From a virus, in the IMG/VR virus record IMGVR_UViG_3300025141_016305, positions 96,001 to 160,000 of that record: DNA of 64,000 bases, one strand, 5' to 3'. Shown here one piece after another: positions 58,796-64,000 of this stretch. The number at the start of each line of letters is the position of its first letter. Position 1 is the stretch's first letter. Under the pieces are notes generated by a model. The model saw only the letters and a list, made by a program, of their open reading frames with translations, did not search any database and was not told where the DNA came from. The position numbers and the translations under genes are program-made.

Positions 58796-59989
58796 CTAGC
58801 GTGATTTAAGTGTTTTGATGTGTTCTAGGGCAGTTTGTAGCAGGTCTTTATTTAATTGAAAAATTTGTCTCTCCCGGTTAGGGCCGCCTATTTTAGTTTT
58901 GACAAGGCCTAATTCTTTCAATACATCCACCATTCGGGCAGCCCGATTATAACCTATACTTAATTTTTTTTGCAAGAACCCATGGATTCCTCCAAGGGTG
59001 GGTGGAGATTGTTTTTTAGGATACTTAATAAGAACATGTAATGCATCAAGAAATCGAGGGTCTTGTATAGCTACTCGAATCAAATCATCGCTAAGTAAAG
59101 TGTCTCTGGCTTTTGGGCTTCTTCTAGGAGGGTTTTCATATGCTCTAGGAATCTCATCTGGAATGAAATCCAAAGTGTCGTCTTTTCCAATATTTGCATC
59201 TCTTTCTTTTACTTTCTGTCTGACAAAATTTTGTGCATCCAAAAATCTTTCATGAACTGTTTTTGGCAATTCTTTCGCTACACTGTCAGTCATCCACTCG
59301 CTAGGTTTTCCTGCTTGGTCTAATAGACCCATTTGAGGTGTTGCAACTCGCTTGATCGGAGCTGATGGGAGAGGATCACTCATGCTACTTGGCAAAGGTG
59401 GAAAATCTACTTGTGTTTTCTTTTTTCCTAAACTAGATAATTTATCCAAAGACGTTGGTTCGTCTCCAATAGGAGGCCTCTGGTAAATCTGCCTATCTTT
59501 AACTTTTGATCCGGATTTTCTGATTGCTTCTCTGGTTTGTTTTTCGACAACATCTGTAACCTTATCTACCTGGTCGACATAATAAAATATTTTTTCGGCT
59601 ACTTCGTTTTGTGGTGCTCTCACTAAAGCATCGGATGATTTTAAAGATTTGCTAGCTTTTTTTAATTTTAGGGCACCTTTTAGCGCTCGACCTGCTTGGC
59701 CAAGCAAAGGAAGGGCCGCGGCCAGTGATATAGCTAGATTGGCAGCTGCAAAAATGTTGCGATACTTCTCAAATGCTTCGATGGCAGGAGGGATGTCCGG
59801 ATAAGCTGATATCCCTGTTGGATCGAAAAGTCCTATAACCGTGCGTAAGTTTTCAAAATCTTCTTCTGATACTTTAACGTTTCCGAGATCTGGATCTGGG
59901 GAAGTGATCACCCGGGCGGTGTCTGGATCTGTTATATCTATTTCTCTTAGATACTTTCTCCAGCTTTCCATTATGAGTTGATGTTTCAT
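58796..59989 (-). CDS. Putative head-packaged protein with C-terminal FtsK-gamma winged-helix domain
   Basis: N-terminal MKHQLIMESWRKYLRE; C-terminal DPRF.DA...LQKKLSIGYNRAARMVDVL.E.GLV. Confidence 0.75.
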   Translation of the reverse strand: MKHQLIMESWRKYLREIDITDPDTARVITSPDPDLGNVKVSEEDFENLRTVIGLFDPTGISAYPDIPPAIEAFEKYRNIFAAANLAISLAAALPLLGQAGRALKGALKLKKASKSLKSSDALVRAPQNEVAEKIFYYVDQVDKVTDVVEKQTREAIRKSGSKVKDRQIYQRPPIGDEPTSLDKLSSLGKKKTQVDFPPLPSSMSDPLPSAPIKRVATPQMGLLDQAGKPSEWMTDSVAKELPKTVHERFLDAQNFVRQKVKERDANIGKDDTLDFIPDEIPRAYENPPRRSPKARDTLLSDDLIRVAIQDPRFLDALHVLIKYPKKQSPPTLGGIHGFLQKKLSIGYNRAARMVDVLKELGLVKTKIGGPNRERQIFQLNKDLLQTALEHIKTLKSR

Positions 59990-60000
59990 GATATATTCTC

Positions 60001-60276
60001 TTATTCAAGCTGGCCTAAATCTCTGGCAGCATTTCCAGATATATATTTTACAGCTGAATTCATGTAATCTCCTGCTTTTGTTATTTTTGTTTCAAGCCAT
60101 TCTGGTAAATCATCTTTATCTTCTATGAGGCTTAAAAGAATTTTTGTATCTGCCAATAGATGAGCTAAAGTTGTACGATGCATTCTAGCTTCTTCTTGAT
60201 TCTGCGCATTTGGCATCGATGATACCTTGGCATCCGTACAGCCACAACTTTCTTGTATACTAATTTTAATTTTCAT
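60001..60276 (-). CDS. Conserved phage hypothetical protein (DDLPEW..KIT.A.DY motif)
   Basis: 91 aa; late-promoter motif 4 nt upstream. Confidence 0.7.
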   Translation of the reverse strand: MKIKISIQESCGCTDAKVSSMPNAQNQEEARMHRTTLAHLLADTKILLSLIEDKDDLPEWLETKITKAGDYMNSAVKYISGNAARDLGQLE

Positions 60277-60320
60277 ATATTAAATAGTCCCCGATAAGAG
60301 AAAAGCTTGGTGGAGGTGGC
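60274..60320 (-). repeat. tmRNA-3'-end/promoter repeat, copy A (includes ACTATTTA-N4-ATG)
   Basis: 40 of 47 aligned positions identical to 53647-53692. Confidence 0.85.
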
Positions 60321-60337
60321 AGTTCGAGTTCAAATGC

Positions 60338-60919
60338 TTATTGTTTTCGAAAAACATATATACTATCAGGCTCGCCGGGTACCTTCTCTCTGATTATTAG
60401 CTCTTTATTGTTATATGATATTGCCCAGTTCTCTACTCTTTGGCCGCTGTTCGGGTCGAAGAAGTGTAGTTTTCCTTTCTCATCAGCATCAGCTTTAAAA
60501 ATCAATTCGCGGTTACGGCGCTGGCGGTTGATTCTTTTTCGCTGTGAGACTCTGCTGCCGGAAAAAAAACGCAAGTTCCAACGTAGATCTACGCTTGGGG
60601 GCGTAGCTCGTATTGGCTGGCCAGGGTATGGCTTCAAGGGGTTGGTATATGTATGCACCTTGGATCTTTCGTGATCAAGATCCCAGGCCGTGTCTTCGAG
60701 ATCTTTTGCAGCTTGGAGCTGTTCTGCTTGTTGTTTTGCTTCTTTCGCGGAGGCCTCTTTTTTAGCTTTCATTTGATTATGCTTCACCAGCGCCTTCATG
60801 CGGGCCTTATGGATTTTGGATATAGGACGAGGTTCTGGTTCGTCCTCGATATCGGTAGCCAGTGTCGTCTCTATTTCTTCTTCGATTATTCTTAGCAAAT
60901 ATTGTTTTGTGATCTTCAT
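60338..60919 (-). CDS. Putative head-packaged hypothetical protein
   Basis: N-terminal MKITKQYLLRIIEEE leader; late-promoter motif upstream. Confidence 0.65.
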   Translation of the reverse strand: MKITKQYLLRIIEEEIETTLATDIEDEPEPRPISKIHKARMKALVKHNQMKAKKEASAKEAKQQAEQLQAAKDLEDTAWDLDHERSKVHTYTNPLKPYPGQPIRATPPSVDLRWNLRFFSGSRVSQRKRINRQRRNRELIFKADADEKGKLHFFDPNSGQRVENWAISYNNKELIIREKVPGEPDSIYVFRKQ

Positions 60920-60923
60920 ACAT

Positions 60924-60931
60924 TAAATAGT
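60924..60931 (-). promoter_or_regulatory. Putative late promoter ACTATTTA-N4-ATG
   Basis: Fixed 4-nt spacing to the ATG at 60919. Confidence 0.6.
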
Positions 60932-60940
60932 ATAAATTAT

Positions 60941-61288
60941 TTAAAAATCAATATTATAGCTTTTGATATATCGTTGGAGGTCTATTTTTTTTATTCCCAA
61001 AATTAGGCTAGCCTCTCTTATGTTTTTCGATTCAGATAAAGCATACCTAACTACTGCTTCTTTACAAATATCAGAAGAATATTTAAGAAGAGGAAAATTA
61101 AATAACTTACCCCTTAATGATTTACTAGCAACTAGTAACTTTAAAGTAATAAGCTCTTCTAAAGTGAGAAAATTTAATTTTTCTAAGAAATCTTTATTTA
61201 TTTTATTATTTGAAAGAAGTTCTTTTCTAAGATCATAATTTTCATTATTTGATTTAAACTTGGCTTCTTTTAATGTGTTGTCTTTCAT
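60941..61288 (-). CDS. Hypothetical protein with possible Fis-like HTH C-terminus
   Basis: AVVRYALSESKNIREASLILGI...LQRYIK. Confidence 0.55.
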   Translation of the reverse strand: MKDNTLKEAKFKSNNENYDLRKELLSNNKINKDFLEKLNFLTLEELITLKLLVASKSLRGKLFNFPLLKYSSDICKEAVVRYALSESKNIREASLILGIKKIDLQRYIKSYNIDF

Positions 61289-61321
61289 AACCCCTGTGCT
61301 GTTTTGCCAACCTTCCTACCA

Positions 61322-61350
61322 AGGGTATCATATGAAGCTTAAAAATTCAA
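61322..61350 (-). promoter_or_regulatory. Possible sigma70 promoter TTGAAT-N17-TACCCT with extended -10 TG
   Basis: Spacing of 17 nt; intergenic, upstream of the 115-aa gene. Confidence 0.35.
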
Positions 61351-61363
61351 GGGTAATGAGCAA

Positions 61364-64000
61364 CTATTCTGCTGCCTGAGTAAATTCACCCATTCCCGGG
61401 GCTGATGAAGCTTGAGTCGAGGCTTGATCATAAGCTGTATTTGTTGGCTCTTCCACATTAATGGCTGTTTCATTATCCCATTTATCAAAATAAAGTTTAA
61501 CATTTGCAATGAGATAATCGTGATACATTTCCTGATCTTCAGGATTGTCTAGTTCTCCATAGTAATTAACAATAGACTTTTCAATTGCTGGGTAGATTCT
61601 TTCTGCTTTATTTCTACCAGTAGTATCTTCCCCTTCTATGGAAGCCATAGTTTCTTCTTCAGGCTCATCTGGTAGTTCCTTTTCTGATCCGTCGTCAGCA
61701 TCGATAAACATTTCAGCATCGACACCTTGAACATCTACTCCAACCTCTTCACTTATAGTTACTTCTGCAAGTTGGTCTGCTCCAACGTCATTTAAGCGAA
61801 CCGGCGTTAAAGTATCTTGAATCCATTTTACAATATGAGCCCTAAAGGAACTCTTCTGATCCTCATCAGTAGTTAAGGTTTTGTAGGCTTCTCTCATAGT
61901 TGCTAAAATATTAGTATTTTTTAAGAGGTCTTTAAGAGTGTTAATTCCAGTATTATCATGCACATCAACAGTTGGATCTTCAACTTCGTTAAGGGAAGTT
62001 TCGAAAATAATATTTCTAAGTTGCATTCTTAATCTGTGTTCTTCTAACGCTCCAGCGATAACCTCTTCATGTTGAGAAGCCTTTTTATTAAAAAATTCCC
62101 TAAGCCCTATTCTTATCTTTTTTCGCAATCTTTTTTCTTCTTTGGTCATTTCATCATCCCTTTTGTTGTTTTTGATAGGTCCAGCATAACCAGCCACTGC
62201 GCCAGAAGACATAGATGACATTTCTTCTATGTCTTCTTCTGCTAAAAATGCATTTGAAACGTTTTTCGTTCTATCTTTCCTGAACCCACCGCCATGTTTA
62301 GTTAAATCATGCCGGCCTTGATCTAAATAGTCCGAATGTGCTTTCGAAAGTCTTTTGCGCATATTCTTTTGAAATTTTCCACTGCCCGGGACGCCTTTTG
62401 GAGCAGTTTGCGCCCGGAACTCCTCAAATAGTTTTTCAGCTTCTTTTACGATAATTTCCTGTAGTGGGTCCAGTTCTGGCTCTTCGACTTGATCTTCAAC
62501 AGATTGTGAAGAAACATCTGTATCTGCTGGGTTAAGGCCCATAATTCCCATAAATGCTAAAGCATCATCTCTGTTTGGTAAAAAGTGCTGCAGTAATTGT
62601 AGGCCGATGGGGTTTTCAGTTGCGAAATCCATTAGGGCTCGCATGTCACTTGCGTTAAATGCTGTATAATCTTTTTTCAGTTTAGATTTAATCTCTGGTA
62701 ACTCTTCGATCATTTTGATGTATTCAGAATCGTGAGTCACAAGTGGCACAAGACCAGATAAAAGCTCCAGATCTGGCCTAGACTTCTGAACCGAGGCTCT
62801 CAAGCCTTTAAACCGTTTTGCATCATTTTCTTTGTCTCCAACCCCGACAATCACTTTTGCGTTAGGAGGTGCAATCAACAAATCTGTTGGATCCGCCGGC
62901 TTTGTTACATAATCTATCGTTAAACTCACCGGTGTCACGCGGCCTTGGTCTGCCACTATTATTTGAGTCTTACTTCTTATAGGTGAATCCTCAAGCATGA
63001 CAGTCCACATTTGTTTTGCCTGTTCTGCAGTAATAACTTTTCCAGATACAGGCAGAGGTCTAGAGTTCTTCATAGGGCTTGACACTATGATATATATTTT
63101 ATCAGCCTCCGGTAAATCGCCCCGCGGGCCCCCCATCGCGATTATTTCAGCGGCCTGCCGATGGCCTTTGTGTGGTGGCTTAAAGGACCCGGGCAATATT
63201 GCAATCACTAGAGGCTCAGAACTGGCTTTTAAGACCTGTTCTCCTTCTCCGGCAGGCTCTATAGGGCCAAAGCGGTTAAATGGCCTCATACCGAGGATTT
63301 GATTGGCCGGAGCAAAGTTTCCAGTGAACTTGTAGGTAACACCATTCCACGCAAAGACGAACCCTTCAGATGGTGTATTTACACCGTCAATTGATTTAAG
63401 TTTAACCATCTGCTTTTCAAGCTCGGCTTTTGCTCTCTCGTTAGTAGATCCGCGAATGGCATCAATTTCCGTTTTAATTTTATCTTGTAAAAATTTTATT
63501 TGTTTTGGGTTATCTCCAATAAATGCAGAATCAAAACCTTCCAGTGCCGCCGAAGAAAAGTCATGAAGAATACGTTGAAGATCTAAAGTGTAGTTAGCAT
63601 AATTAAAAGTCTTTACAAATTGGCTAACTTCTCTCTTTAGTTCTATGGGCATTCCTTTTGTAATTTGGGGCAGCCCCGGATAATCTCCTATTTTCATAAC
63701 TCTTTTTAAAATCATGCGATTAACATCTTCTGTTAAGCCAAACTGTTCAATCTGGGGGGATACTTGTTCTGATACATAATGATTGATTGTATCAGAGTCA
63801 TTAACTTGAATATCTTGCATAAGATTATTTATCGCGTCAATTGTTGGCTGTAAAGTATTGTTTATACTCTCTAAGCCTGCAGGGGCTAGTTTTCTTTGAG
63901 TGTGTGTCTCAACAGAGAAAATCGTCGGATCATCCGTTGCTTTGCCTCTAACAACTCGCTCAAGTTTGTTGTAGTTTGGAGAAACATCTACTTTCTTGTT
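61364..64000 (-). CDS. Multidomain protein: DUF6267-like domain + HxGH cytidylyltransferase-like domain + acidic C-terminal domain (5'-partial)
   Basis: Frame stays open from 63820 to the window end. EGFVFAWNGVTYKFTGNFAPANQILG, PGSFKPPHKGH, ASDMR. Confidence 0.8.
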   Translation of the reverse strand, partial: NKKVDVSPNYNKLERVVRGKATDDPTIFSVETHTQRKLAPAGLESINNTLQPTIDAINNLMQDIQVNDSDTINHYVSEQVSPQIEQFGLTEDVNRMILKRVMKIGDYPGLPQITKGMPIELKREVSQFVKTFNYANYTLDLQRILHDFSSAALEGFDSAFIGDNPKQIKFLQDKIKTEIDAIRGSTNERAKAELEKQMVKLKSIDGVNTPSEGFVFAWNGVTYKFTGNFAPANQILGMRPFNRFGPIEPAGEGEQVLKASSEPLVIAILPGSFKPPHKGHRQAAEIIAMGGPRGDLPEADKIYIIVSSPMKNSRPLPVSGKVITAEQAKQMWTVMLEDSPIRSKTQIIVADQGRVTPVSLTIDYVTKPADPTDLLIAPPNAKVIVGVGDKENDAKRFKGLRASVQKSRPDLELLSGLVPLVTHDSEYIKMIEELPEIKSKLKKDYTAFNASDMRALMDFATENPIGLQLLQHFLPNRDDALAFMGIMGLNPADTDVSSQSVEDQVEEPELDPLQEIIVKEAEKLFEEFRAQTAPKGVPGSGKFQKNMRKRLSKAHSDYLDQGRHDLTKHGGGFRKDRTKNVSNAFLAEEDIEEMSSMSSGAVAGYAGPIKNNKRDDEMTKEEKRLRKKIRIGLREFFNKKASQHEEVIAGALEEHRLRMQLRNIIFETSLNEVEDPTVDVHDNTGINTLKDLLKNTNILATMREAYKTLTTDEDQKSSFRAHIVKWIQDTLTPVRLNDVGADQLAEVTISEEVGVDVQGVDAEMFIDADDGSEKELPDEPEEETMASIEGEDTTGRNKAERIYPAIEKSIVNYYGELDNPEDQEMYHDYLIANVKLYFDKWDNETAINVEEPTNTAYDQASTQASSAPGMGEFTQAAE

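Noticed and set aside
60296-60337. A separate tRNA gene at the CCA-ending copy (also at 52635-52660)
   Set aside because: Only the last 8-13 nt match the tmRNA itself; there is no cloverleaf and no room before the upstream stop codon.

Overview
The window looks like part of a large, AT-rich, myovirus-type (jumbo/huge) dsDNA phage genome read in the standard genetic code. Almost every gene is on the minus strand. Layout: (1) 1-20.0 kb is a baseplate module (LamG/gp7-like, gp6-like, gp25-like, a 3606-aa giant protein, gp5-like spike), next to a phage late sigma factor at 20.1-20.8 kb. (2) 21.5-45.9 kb is a ~24 kb glycosylation island (gmd, wecB, neuA/neuB-like, three DegT aminotransferases, GT2/4/8/11/17/29-like transferases, methyl-/acetyltransferases, 2OG-Fe oxygenases) with no recognisable flippase, polymerase or export gene. 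(3) 45.9-51.6 kb holds a PD-(D/E)XK nuclease, PIN-PhoH, a lipoprotein protease, an fcl remnant and an Hc1 histone-like protein. (4) 51.7-54.1 kb is a translation module: tRNA-Ile2(CAT), a minimal TilS, a tmRNA and an unannotated 10-Cys micropeptide. (5) 54.1-58.7 kb is a second sugar-acid operon (GAPDH-like, CMP-transferase, aldolase, dehydrogenase, phosphatase, GT). (6) 58.8-64 kb encodes putative head-packaged proteins, one ending in an FtsK-gamma domain. Non-coding highlights: a CTAWTTA motif exactly 4 nt before the ATG of four genes, three copies of a tmRNA-3'-end + promoter + ATG unit, and a 109-bp gene-end duplication around an inserted gene. Structural proteins are strongly enriched in [S/T]-[G/A/S]-S, a possible glycosylation sequon. 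All functional calls come from motif recognition by eye; no database search was run.
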